Shown: piece after piece, positions 8,623-17,235 of the stretch
Layout of the letters: each line of letters opens with the position of its first letter
How positions within the stretch are numbered: position 1 is the first letter of the stretch
Origin: a virus
Lineage: Duplodnaviria > Caudoviricetes
Virus record (IMG/VR): IMGVR_UViG_2928595623_000002
Coordinates: 8,170-72,169 of that record
Strand: one strand, 5' to 3'
DNA length: 64,000 nucleotides
Position numbers and translations under genes: made by a program
Notes under the pieces: generated by a model
Databases searched by the model: none
What the model was told of the DNA's origin: nothing
What the model saw: the letters and a program-made list of their open reading frames with translations, nothing else

Positions 8623-9182
8623 CAGTAGTAGCAAGCCGCTTCGAGCGCAGACACCGCGATCTGTACGAAACAGAAAAGTGGGCTACTGAGGCACTTATTC
8701 GCCGGTTCCCAGTCCACGGCCTCACGGTATGGGAGCCGGCGGCTGGCAACCACATGATTGCCGATGTTCTTCGCGAGGCTGGAGCAACAGTTCGCACGTC
8801 CGATATTGCGGTCTACGATCGCCAGCATGACGCCATCTATGATTTCCTTGTCGATCGCCCGCATAGCGAGCCGTTGGTGCAGGCGATCATCACGAACCCT
8901 CCTTATGGCAAGGGCAACCGAGACGCCGTCATATTCGCGCGCAATGCGCTGGAGCGATGCGACGGCCTCGTTGCGCTTCTGCTGACGGCCAAATTCGATT
9001 TTGGAAAGACGCGCCGGTTCCTGTTCGCTGACAATGATCGGTTCTGGGCAAAGATCGCTCTTGTCGATCGTATCCAGTGGTTCCCTGGCGACACGTCAGG
9101 GACTGAAGATCATGCTTGGTACATATGGGGACCAAAGGGCGCTCGTTACACCAAAACGATGTTTTGGGAGGGGAAAAAATGA
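8619..9182 (+). CDS. Small phage amino-methyltransferase
   Basis: DLYET, VWEPAAGN, IITNPPY. Confidence 0.75.
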   Translation: MTVVASRFERRHRDLYETEKWATEALIRRFPVHGLTVWEPAAGNHMIADVLREAGATVRTSDIAVYDRQHDAIYDFLVDRPHSEPLVQAIITNPPYGKGNRDAVIFARNALERCDGLVALLLTAKFDFGKTRRFLFADNDRFWAKIALVDRIQWFPGDTSGTEDHAWYIWGPKGARYTKTMFWEGKK

Positions 9183-9532
9183 TACGACTTTCCCTGCCAT
9201 ATCCACCATCTGCATGGGATCTCTACACGGGATGGGGGAAAGGCCGCCGGCTATCGAACGAATACAAGAAATGGCGCGATGACGTTGGCTACTTCGTCAA
9301 GGTGCCCAAAGAGCCGATATCGGTTCCATTCTCCATATCTATCGCGCTTCGTCGCGGAAGCGGGCGGCATGACCTAGACAACAGAGCAAAGGGCATTCTC
9401 GACGCACTGCAGCATTATGGCGTGATCAAAAACGATAACCTATGCGAGCGGATTTCAATGCACTGGGACGCTGATTTACCGGCTGAGTGCGTTGTGCTGC
9501 TGCAAGAAGCAGAAGAGGCAGTAGCATCATGA
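9179..9532 (+). CDS. RusA-family Holliday junction resolvase
   Basis: LPYPPS, DLDNRAKGILDAL, NDN acidic motifs. Confidence 0.85.
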   Translation: MIRLSLPYPPSAWDLYTGWGKGRRLSNEYKKWRDDVGYFVKVPKEPISVPFSISIALRRGSGRHDLDNRAKGILDALQHYGVIKNDNLCERISMHWDADLPAECVVLLQEAEEAVAS

Positions 9533-10089
9533 CACCGATCGCGACAGCGCTTAAACACATGCTCGCTTCCGGCCTTGCGCATGAGAGTGTCGTAAAAGCC
9601 GTCGAAGATATGGAGCGCGAGATGTACGGCTCAAAGCGCGCGAAGACAGAGACGAAACATGAAGCAAGCGCTGCTGTTGATAGCGCTCTTGATGTTTACA
9701 AGCTTTATGCCGAAAAAGCCGGATTCTCCATACCTCGCAAGCTTACAGCCGAACGCGTCAAAAAGATCAATGCGCGCTTGGCAGAAAGCGGCGAAGATGC
9801 ATGGGCAGAAGCTTGCAAGAAGATGGCAGCAAGCTCGTTTTGCCGCGGTGTGAACAATAGCGGGTGGAAAGCGGATCTCGACTTTCTCTTGCAGCCGTCC
9901 AGTTTCAATCGCATCCTTGAAGGACGATACGACGACCGAAAGGCCGTAGCGAGAGAGACTGAATTTGCCCGCCATCAACGCGAATGCACCCAAGCCTTAG
10001 AGCGCAAAGTCTATGGAGGCCGCAATGAACACTTTGCCAGCGACAACCCAGCTTTCGACCTTAGCCCTGGAGATTGGCGAGCTCACTGA
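9529..10089 (+). CDS. Phage replication initiator-like protein
   Basis: C-terminal SSFCRG.N..GWKADLDFLL...ILEGRY motif. Confidence 0.65.
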   Translation: MTPIATALKHMLASGLAHESVVKAVEDMEREMYGSKRAKTETKHEASAAVDSALDVYKLYAEKAGFSIPRKLTAERVKKINARLAESGEDAWAEACKKMAASSFCRGVNNSGWKADLDFLLQPSSFNRILEGRYDDRKAVARETEFARHQRECTQALERKVYGGRNEHFASDNPAFDLSPGDWRAH

Positions 10090-10660
10090 AAAGCTGCAGC
10101 CACCTACGAGCGAAATGATTGCCGCCAACCTGCTTTCTATGCGCCGTGTTGGCATGGCATACTCGCAAGGCATAGACCCGGAGATGATCGAAACTGTCTA
10201 TTCATACGCTCTTAGAGACGTCTCGGCGATCGGGCTGCAGGAAGCCACAAAGAAGATCCTCAAGGGCGAATATGACATCGAATACGGTTTCATACCTAAG
10301 CCGCCTGAATTGGCAGCCATGGCCCGTTCAGAGGCTAAGAAACACAGAGTCAAGCGAGCTGATCTGATAGAGAAGCAGCGCACGCTCCAAGATCTCAGCG
10401 CATACCGCAGCAGAAAGCCGGATCATGGAACGAAAGAGCGCATACGAGAGGTGCTTGGCCGGTTCCGTGCAGAGACAGCAGCGTCACGCGTTGAGAACGC
10501 GCTACCGCAAGAGACGATGAGCGAAGAGCGCGCGGCATACTTTTCGCAGATCATGCAGCTTAACGACGCAAAAGACGGTCCAGACGCAACACAAATGGCC
10601 TTTCGTCGCAGGATCAAGTCAGAGATTGAACAGGCAAGTTTAGGTGAGGTGCAGGAATGA
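10025..10660 (+). CDS. Replication-module protein (helicase-loader position)
   Basis: FIPKPPEL motif; follows initiator. Confidence 0.5.
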   Translation: MNTLPATTQLSTLALEIGELTEKLQPPTSEMIAANLLSMRRVGMAYSQGIDPEMIETVYSYALRDVSAIGLQEATKKILKGEYDIEYGFIPKPPELAAMARSEAKKHRVKRADLIEKQRTLQDLSAYRSRKPDHGTKERIREVLGRFRAETAASRVENALPQETMSEERAAYFSQIMQLNDAKDGPDATQMAFRRRIKSEIEQASLGEVQE

Positions 10661-10911
10661 AGCTATTTCTTATCCTTTATGCAGGCTCAAAAATTGTCGG
10701 CACATGGGGCCCGCTGCCATATGGCATGGAAGAATGCCGCAACCGAGCTGACGATCGCCGGCAAGACATCAATGAATTGATTCAGACAGGGGTCAATTCA
10801 AAGGGAGAGAAGATACCAAAAGAAGCGATCGCCATGATGAAAACATTTCGTCTAGGCTGTGAGTACCATGCTCACAGACCAAGTTTGGATCATAGTGAGG
10901 TTCAGGAATGA
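10657..10911 (+). CDS. Hypothetical protein
   Basis: Coupled; flanked by near-identical boundary repeats. Confidence 0.55.
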   Translation: MKLFLILYAGSKIVGTWGPLPYGMEECRNRADDRRQDINELIQTGVNSKGEKIPKEAIAMMKTFRLGCEYHAHRPSLDHSEVQE

Positions 10912-11414
10912 CAGCGCATATCATCCCGGTTCGTTCAGAGTTCTCCGGCATTGCTGATATACGAAGCCATGCAAGAGCTGTGCGTGAAAGGCTGTTTACT
11001 GCTCCGAGAAAAGCGACGAAAGTTTCTCTTGTTGATGACAAAGAGACAAAGATACCGCCGCCTATGTGGCAGACGCAGCCGATGCTATTCAATGAACATG
11101 AAGTAGCATACCGGGTCCAGTTGGCGCTGGCTGAACTGAAGAAAAACACAGAGGTTCCAGACACGCATAAAAGCATCATGCAGATAGTTGCAGAGGTGCT
11201 TAAATCGTACCCTGGGATCACAGTTTCTGAGGTTAGAGGACCGTGTAGAGATGCGACTTTGGTGCGTGCGCGACATGAGGCGATTTACGAGGTTAGACGG
11301 CAAACTAGCTTTTCGCTCCCACAGATTGGGCGCTGGTTTGGCGGGCGTGATCATAGCTCTATTCTCAGCGCTGTCCGCAAGATTAGAAAACAGAGGCAGG
11401 AAGCATGCGAGTAG
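10908..11414 (+). CDS. DnaA C-terminal HTH domain protein
   Basis: AR.EAIY..R...SLPQIGRWFGGRDHSSILSAVRKI. Confidence 0.85.
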   Translation: MTAHIIPVRSEFSGIADIRSHARAVRERLFTAPRKATKVSLVDDKETKIPPPMWQTQPMLFNEHEVAYRVQLALAELKKNTEVPDTHKSIMQIVAEVLKSYPGITVSEVRGPCRDATLVRARHEAIYEVRRQTSFSLPQIGRWFGGRDHSSILSAVRKIRKQRQEACE

Positions 11415-11692
11415 AACGCAAAGCAGAATACGCGAATTCAACATTGCCGCCGCTTGAGGAGCTTGTAGAGCTATTCGCGGAAGGCATGACGACGAAGCAG
11501 ATAGCCGAGAAATATGGTGTTAGAAATGATACTGTAAGAAGCAAATTTCAGAGGTATGGCGTGTCACTTCGTGATATCATTGTTCGCACAACAAGGATGC
11601 CAGAGCCGAAAGACGGCGTGATGAATTTCGTGACATCCACCGGCTATGTCTGTTCTCTGCCGAAGGTGTCTATTCTGGAGAATGGCGCATGA
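11405..11692 (+). CDS. HTH protein
   Basis: GMTTKQIAEKYGVRNDTVR. Confidence 0.65.
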   Translation: MRVERKAEYANSTLPPLEELVELFAEGMTTKQIAEKYGVRNDTVRSKFQRYGVSLRDIIVRTTRMPEPKDGVMNFVTSTGYVCSLPKVSILENGA

Positions 11693-11979
11693 CTGATATC
11701 ATCGAGAGAAAGTTCGTGTGGAAGAGAAACACGGCACAATATTCGACAGGAGAAATTCTGTACATTGGAAAGATCGCCGTCGGCGGGTGGTTTAACCCAA
11801 CAGTTTCGAAAGGCGACCCGACTTTGTACAGAGCTAGAATTGATCTTCCTAGCCTTACGATGAGTAGGGCAACGATCGATTTTGATAACCATGAAAAAGC
11901 TCGTGCGCGCGTCGAGGCTGCGGTAAAAACTTGGTTCAAGTGGCTAGAGCAAGAGAGCGTTGAGGCCGCCGCGTCATGA
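11689..11979 (+). CDS. Hypothetical protein
   Basis: Coupled ORF. Confidence 0.55.
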   Translation: MTDIIERKFVWKRNTAQYSTGEILYIGKIAVGGWFNPTVSKGDPTLYRARIDLPSLTMSRATIDFDNHEKARARVEAAVKTWFKWLEQESVEAAAS

Positions 11980-12191
11980 CAGAATACAGCTACGGCCCAT
12001 GGATCAAGCACGACGGCAAAGGAATGCCGGTTGATGGCGATACGCTAGTAGAAGTGAAATATGAGAACGGAAATGTAGACAAACCATGCGAGGCTGAAAT
12101 TCACGATTTGCTTGATAGCTGGGGGCCGGAACCAATGGTCGTCGTTCTCTCTATCTCAGAATACCGCATCGTAAACGAGGCTAAGCTATGA
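11976..12191 (+). CDS. Hypothetical protein
   Basis: WIKHDGKGMPV phage motif. Confidence 0.55.
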   Translation: MTEYSYGPWIKHDGKGMPVDGDTLVEVKYENGNVDKPCEAEIHDLLDSWGPEPMVVVLSISEYRIVNEAKL

Positions 12192-12433
12192 TTGAACGTT
12201 GCTTTACACCATCAGGTCAACTTAAGTTTGATCCGTACCGAACGGATAGAGGCGATGAAAATTATAAGTTGCTTTTTGATGATCATGGAGAGCTAAAAGA
12301 CCGTACGGAACTGGCAAGATTGATCATAAAGAATAGCTGGTCATGGGAAAGCGATGCTGTAGCGCTTTTTCATTCATCAGTCTTTGCTTCAAACACCAAG
12401 GGAAATTATCCAACGGTGTATTATTGGAGGTAA
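12188..12433 (+). CDS. Hypothetical protein
   Basis: Coupled ORF. Confidence 0.45.
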   Translation: MIERCFTPSGQLKFDPYRTDRGDENYKLLFDDHGELKDRTELARLIIKNSWSWESDAVALFHSSVFASNTKGNYPTVYYWR

Positions 12434-12437
12434 GTCC

Positions 12438-12872
12438 ATGACAGACAACGTCATCGATCTAAGGCCAGAAGCAAAAGAGCGCCTGATCTATCTTTGCGTT
12501 GAATGCGGTTGCTCAACGTTCTACATGTACTCAGACGGCACGACAGAATGCGCAGCGTGCAATGGGCTAGATGCCGGCGGTGAATGGGTGACGAAGCTCG
12601 AAAGCCAGCCAAAAAGCCCTGAGAAGACAGACGCAGGTAGTTTTAGTGTTACATGCGTTGGTTCTCCTGAGCTTGCAAGGGAGCGAGTCGTAAAGAACAT
12701 CAATACGCGCAAAGGCGAGCTTGCTTTGCTCGGAGGATGGTTCGAGGACGGATCTGTATCTCTATGGGACGGCGCGGAGGACGACGATCAAAACGATTGG
12801 CTGATAAACAAGCTTAGAGAAGCTGCCGACCATCTGGATATGCGGAAAGTCAACCCAGACGACGACAAGTGA
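12438..12872 (+). CDS. Zn-ribbon protein
   Basis: CVECGCSTF...ECAAC. Confidence 0.6.
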   Translation: MTDNVIDLRPEAKERLIYLCVECGCSTFYMYSDGTTECAACNGLDAGGEWVTKLESQPKSPEKTDAGSFSVTCVGSPELARERVVKNINTRKGELALLGGWFEDGSVSLWDGAEDDDQNDWLINKLREAADHLDMRKVNPDDDK

Positions 12873-12886
12873 AAGGACGATTGAGC

Positions 12887-13093
12887 ATGAACGGATATAA
12901 GCCTTCTATGTATCTTGCGAAAATTGGCATAACAGTCGCTGCATGTTCTGCTATTTTTGGCGTTATCGTGTTATCTGCGTCTATCTTGAAATATAACTCA
13001 GGAGACGCATTGGTGCAGGCATTAGTTGTTGGCGGAGCTGCTGCCGTGTTCCTAGTCAATGTCATCGCGTGCGCTTTTATCTGGCGCGCATAA
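12887..13093 (+). CDS. Small two-TM protein
   Basis: Hydrophobic; flanked by a 17-bp direct repeat. Confidence 0.55.
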   Translation: MNGYKPSMYLAKIGITVAACSAIFGVIVLSASILKYNSGDALVQALVVGGAAAVFLVNVIACAFIWRA

Positions 13094-13109
13094 TGAAGGA
13101 CGATTGAGC

Positions 13110-13724
13110 ATGGCAAACAACTGGTATGCAATCCGCACACGTCCAGGCTCACAACGGCCTGTCAAGGCTGGTTATTCCGGTGACAGGTTTGTCGAGGACG
13201 AGACGATCATTGAACGCAACCTCCGCCATGCAGGTTTCGACGGGTTTATGCCGGCAACATACCGCGAGATCCGCCACCACCGTACAGACGAGTATATCAC
13301 CAAGCGCTATCCGCTCATGGTTGGCTATATGTTCGTCCGCAATCCTGCCAGCTTCTACAAGCTAAAGGACGTCGTTGGCGTCTCTGACATCCTTGGCGTA
13401 GCTGGCTCGCCGATGGCGATCTCTGAGGCGACTATTTCCGCTATTCGTGACGCAGAGGAACGCGAGATTGAAATTCTAGAACGTCGCCGTGCTGCAAGGC
13501 TGCAGAAAGAGCGCAAGCTATGCCGCAAGCTAACTCGCAAAGAGGCGCGTGAACTGTTCCCGGCGAACAAGCGCATCATTGTCTCAAGCGAAGGTTATCT
13601 TTCAGGCATGGCCGGGGTTATCGTGGATGCTACAGGCCGCAATACGATCAAAGCTGTGATTAACACGTTGAATGGACTTGTTCCGGTTGAGCTTGGTATT
13701 GAAGATTTCCGTGAAGCAGTGTAA
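13110..13724 (+). CDS. NusG/RfaH-family late antiterminator
   Basis: NWYAIRT.PG, PLMVGYMFV, KOW-like C-terminus; precedes late genes. Confidence 0.85.
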   Translation: MANNWYAIRTRPGSQRPVKAGYSGDRFVEDETIIERNLRHAGFDGFMPATYREIRHHRTDEYITKRYPLMVGYMFVRNPASFYKLKDVVGVSDILGVAGSPMAISEATISAIRDAEEREIEILERRRAARLQKERKLCRKLTRKEARELFPANKRIIVSSEGYLSGMAGVIVDATGRNTIKAVINTLNGLVPVELGIEDFREAV

Positions 13725-13826
13725 AGAGGTTTGCATTAGGCATGATTTTGGGTGTTCAGAGCGGTATCGCCGGCCCTCCGCCATATCTAAATGGCGCTGG
13801 GTTTATATTGCCTGAATTCCCGCATG

Positions 13827-14565
13827 TTTGCCGAATGCAGCATTGACTACATGAGATTGATGTCAGCGCAAGCCTTGTCGGCAAAGCAGTTTGGAATGGC
13901 GTGATTGACTGCCCATCGTTTGGCAGGATTACGAAATGGTGATGGGTGCCTCCTTTGGCATAATCTTGCAAGTCCAGAGCCGATCCATTCCAAAGCATAT
14001 CGCCATAGATGGCGCTGGCGGCCCGTATTGTGGTGAAAGCCGCGACGGATAACAAAAGACAACCTGTATAGGTTATCGCCGCTAATAGTTTGGAATGGTG
14101 TCTCAAAGGGCACGATGAGTTGGTAATAGCGCTGATTCCGCGCCGTATGGTTCGAATCCAACGCCGTTCCAAAGCATATCATACGATGGTGTTTAGTGGG
14201 TGGTGAAGCGCCTTATAGCGAGGGATGTAGTACGGTCCCAGAAGCCCAGTACGATGGCAATGTCACTAGAACATCGTACTTGAGCACGGCAAGAAAAATC
14301 GCCATTGGCAGGCTAACCGTGCAGCCAAAACATATAAGACGATGGTGTTTTGAAGCCGCTCCGGAATGCAGGCTTCATGCTGCACCCCAACACCTCCTGC
14401 TAGCCAGGTTAAGCGGTCCGGCGGTCGTCTGTGTAATTCGCCAGAATGGGCAACGATATCAGCAAGCGGCGTGGATTAGTACACGCGGTTGGACCGAAAC
14501 GACCTGAGAGTTCGGAGCCAGTTGGCCAGACTACCTTTAGCCGGTGACAACCCGGCCTTGCTGAT
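13827..14565 (+). ncRNA. Array of stem-closed, partly tRNA-like structured RNA modules
   Basis: About 7 units with long terminal inverted repeats; T-arm-like loops at 14144-14163 and 14540-14556. Confidence 0.55.
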
Positions 14566-14571
14566 CATTCC

Positions 14572-14648
14572 GCCTGCATAGCTCAGCTGGATAGAGTCCA
14601 TTCCTTCTAAGAATGTTGTCGCAGGTTCGAGCCCTGCTGCGGGCTCCA
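14572..14648 (+). tRNA. tRNA-Arg(TCT)
   Basis: Cloverleaf with GCCTGCA/TGCGGGC acceptor, anticodon loop CT-TCT-AA, GGTTCGAGCCC T-arm, encoded CCA. Confidence 0.92.
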
Positions 14649-14668
14649 AGCCAAACGGAGAATACGAC

Positions 14669-14968
14669 GTGACGTCGAACAGGTTCAAGCCGACTGGCAA
14701 GAAAGTCTTCGACCGCATCATGGCTGGCCTGCAAGAGGTCAAAGCCGCATCTCCTATGTGGGCCGATCTTGCGTATGAGAATATTTTCAACGTCTCCGAG
14801 CGTCATTGCAAGATTGGCCGCGTTACCATGAAGAGACGAAACCCGCTTCCTGAGATCAAGGAAGGTAAAAGAAACGTCGTCATTCAAAAGCGCAGAGTGT
14901 GGACGCGAAAAGATTCTGTCGATGCTGTCGAGAACATGGTGAACGGCGGAGTGCCTGGGCTTAGATAG
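14669..14968 (+). CDS. Hypothetical protein
   Basis: GGAG RBS, GTG start; FDRIMAGLQE motif. Confidence 0.45.
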   Translation: MTSNRFKPTGKKVFDRIMAGLQEVKAASPMWADLAYENIFNVSERHCKIGRVTMKRRNPLPEIKEGKRNVVIQKRRVWTRKDSVDAVENMVNGGVPGLR

Positions 14969-15181
14969 CCAAAGCAGACGGCCTGCTAATAGCCGTAGTT
15001 GCATAAAAGTGTCTGGAAAGCCTCGTGAAGGACAAGCCCGCAAGGGAGCGACTAGGGTAACAATTCATAGGGCGGGCCCCTCCTGTGCTCCTCCAAGCAG
15101 AGCGCCAAGCATCGATCGGTGAAAGCCGCAATACCGCCGCCTAGCCTGTCCCTTTACAGGCCATGAACCGGGAAATCATGC

Positions 15182-15373
15182 ATGCTGGATAATGTAAGGG
15201 CCATTGATATGGAAGTAGCATCAATACCGATGCCGAATGTCGAACTAACCATTGAGGTCGTTACACCGAGAGCGTTTGGCCTGCGGCTCTCTCTCATGCG
15301 GGCGGCGCTATGGGTTGCTGGTTTCGTGGCGCCATCGAATATTGCGGTCAACACCGACATCAAGGTTATCTGA
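15182..15373 (+). CDS. Hypothetical protein
   Basis: ORF directly upstream of terS. Confidence 0.4.
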   Translation: MLDNVRAIDMEVASIPMPNVELTIEVVTPRAFGLRLSLMRAALWVAGFVAPSNIAVNTDIKVI

Positions 15374-15378
15374 GATAG

Positions 15379-15879
15379 ATGCCTGTTCTCACCAATTCGC
15401 GGCATGAAGCGTTTGCGCAAGCCATAGCGAAAGGGGCAAGCGCAGTTGACGCTTATGTGCAGGCTGGATATGCACCAAGCCGTTCTGCTGCATCAAGGCT
15501 GTCAACAAATGTGAACATAGAGCGCCGTGTGGCGGAATTGATCAATAGAGGGGCCGACAGGGCAGAGGTTACAGTAGCCAGGGTTCTGCAAGAACTCTCT
15601 CGCATCGGCTTCTCCGATCTTCGACGCGCATTCGACAAAAGCGGACGCCTATTGCGACCCGAGGAATGGGACGACGACACAGCTGCCGCTATCGCTTCTG
15701 TCGAAGTAGTGACGCGCAACATTGGCGATGGAGAAGTCGAACACGTCCACAAGATCAAGGTATGGGACAAGAACAGCGCTCTTGAGAAGATCGCCAAGCA
15801 TCTTGGCATGTTTATCGAGCGCGTTGAACACTCGGGCGGGATGTCTCTCAATGTGACGTCAGAGGACGCAGAACTGTGA
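15379..15879 (+). CDS. Terminase small subunit
   Basis: RHEAFAQ..A...AY..AGY; DKNSALEKIAKHLGMF. Confidence 0.9.
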   Translation: MPVLTNSRHEAFAQAIAKGASAVDAYVQAGYAPSRSAASRLSTNVNIERRVAELINRGADRAEVTVARVLQELSRIGFSDLRRAFDKSGRLLRPEEWDDDTAAAIASVEVVTRNIGDGEVEHVHKIKVWDKNSALEKIAKHLGMFIERVEHSGGMSLNVTSEDAEL

Positions 15880-15882
15880 CGA

Positions 15883-17235
15883 ATGACACCTGTAAAGCTT
15901 ACGGAGAAGCAGAGAGAGGCTAACAGGCTTCTTGCTGGCCCCGCGCGGAACATCATGCTACGCGGCGGCTCCCGGTCTGGGAAAACGTTCGTTCTCGTTA
16001 GGGCTCTTGTCCAGCGAGCGATCAACGCGCCTAGATCGCGTCATGTTATATTTCGTTTCCGGTTCAACCATGCAAAAACATCGGTATGGTCGGACACGCT
16101 GCCAAAGGTCTTGCTGCTGTGCTTCCCTTCTCTGAAGGTGCGGTTCGACAAGACGGACTTTTACGTAGAGCTTCCAAACGGATCTCAGATCTGGATTGCA
16201 GGGCTTGATGACAAGGAGCGGGTCGAGAAGATCCTTGGGCAGGAATACGCCACGCTCTATTTCAACGAAAGCAGCCAGATCCCATGGGCATCCGTCGAAA
16301 TGGCGATGTCGCGCCTTGCTCAAAAGGTTGAACTGGCGACTGAGATAGCGAAGGCAACGGGTCGTACACACCTGGCTCTCAAAGCCTACTTCGATTGCAA
16401 CCCGCCATCTAAGCTCCATTGGAGCTATCAGATGTTTCGGGCCAAGGTAAAGCCGGGGACAAAAGAGGCGCTGGCCAAGCCGGAAGACTATGTAGAGATG
16501 CAGGTCAACCCGGTTGATAATTCGGCCAACCTGCCTTCCGAATACTTTGACGTGCTTGCCTCGATGTCAGCTGCAAAGCGCTTGAGGTTCGAGGCAGGAG
16601 AATGGGCAAGCGAAGTCAGTGGTGCGCTATGGGCTCTTGAGGATCGTTTGGCGCCTGACGGCAAGGTTATGCCTGGGATAGATAGCCTTCGCGTTTCCAG
16701 CGCTCCTGACCTGCGCCGGATCGTTGTTGCCGTAGACCCGTCAGGAACGCGTGGTGATGGCGGTGGCGATGACATCGGTATTGTGGTAGCTGGGCTTGGT
16801 ATTGATGGCCATGGCTATGTTCTGCACGATGGAACGTGCCAGTTATCCCCGGAAGGATGGGGCCGGCGGGCTGTTGACCTTTACCACAGGTTCGGAGCGG
16901 ACAGGGTCATAGGTGAGCGAAACTATGGCGGCGATATGGTGAGGTTTACGATCGCCACAGCTGACAGGAAAGTTCCTTTCAAAGAGGTTGTCGCAAGCCG
17001 AGGCAAGGTCGTCAGAGCGGAACCTGTAAGCGCGCTCTATGAACAAGGGAAAGTTCACCATGTCGGGTCTTTCCCTGATCTTGAAGATCAGATGAGCAAT
17101 TTCACTCCTTCTGGCTATGTCGGTGAAGGATCTCCGGACAGGGCTGACGCCCTTGTTTGGGCATTGACGGAACTCATGGTGAAGGAACAGCCGGCGGCGG
17201 CTGTCTTTGGTACGTATTCAGGAACGACGAGATGA
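15883..17235 (+). CDS. Terminase large subunit
   Basis: Walker A GGSRSGKT, YFNE, nuclease VAVDP, SPDRADA. Confidence 0.93.
   Translation: MTPVKLTEKQREANRLLAGPARNIMLRGGSRSGKTFVLVRALVQRAINAPRSRHVIFRFRFNHAKTSVWSDTLPKVLLLCFPSLKVRFDKTDFYVELPNGSQIWIAGLDDKERVEKILGQEYATLYFNESSQIPWASVEMAMSRLAQKVELATEIAKATGRTHLALKAYFDCNPPSKLHWSYQMFRAKVKPGTKEALAKPEDYVEMQVNPVDNSANLPSEYFDVLASMSAAKRLRFEAGEWASEVSGALWALEDRLAPDGKVMPGIDSLRVSSAPDLRRIVVAVDPSGTRGDGGGDDIGIVVAGLGIDGHGYVLHDGTCQLSPEGWGRRAVDLYHRFGADRVIGERNYGGDMVRFTIATADRKVPFKEVVASRGKVVRAEPVSALYEQGKVHHVGSFPDLEDQMSNFTPSGYVGEGSPDRADALVWALTELMVKEQPAAAVFGTYSGTTR

Noticed and set aside
13910-13970. HDV-like/theta ribozyme near the tRNA
   Set aside because: Pseudoknot order is similar, but L3/P1.1 and the catalytic J4/2 C are not evident
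14092-14171. Second canonical tRNA
   Set aside because: Has a T-arm and acceptor-like stem but no proper D/anticodon arms or CCA; kept only as a tRNA-like unit
13888-14180. Mini-CRISPR from repeated TTTGGAATGG flanks
   Set aside because: Repeats are paired inverted stems closing units of unequal length, not direct repeats with regular spacers
14218-14247. Twister ribozyme (GAGGG...GGTCCC..AAGCCC)
   Set aside because: Too little sequence between motifs for P1/P2 and no UAA cleavage junction; better read as a simple hairpin
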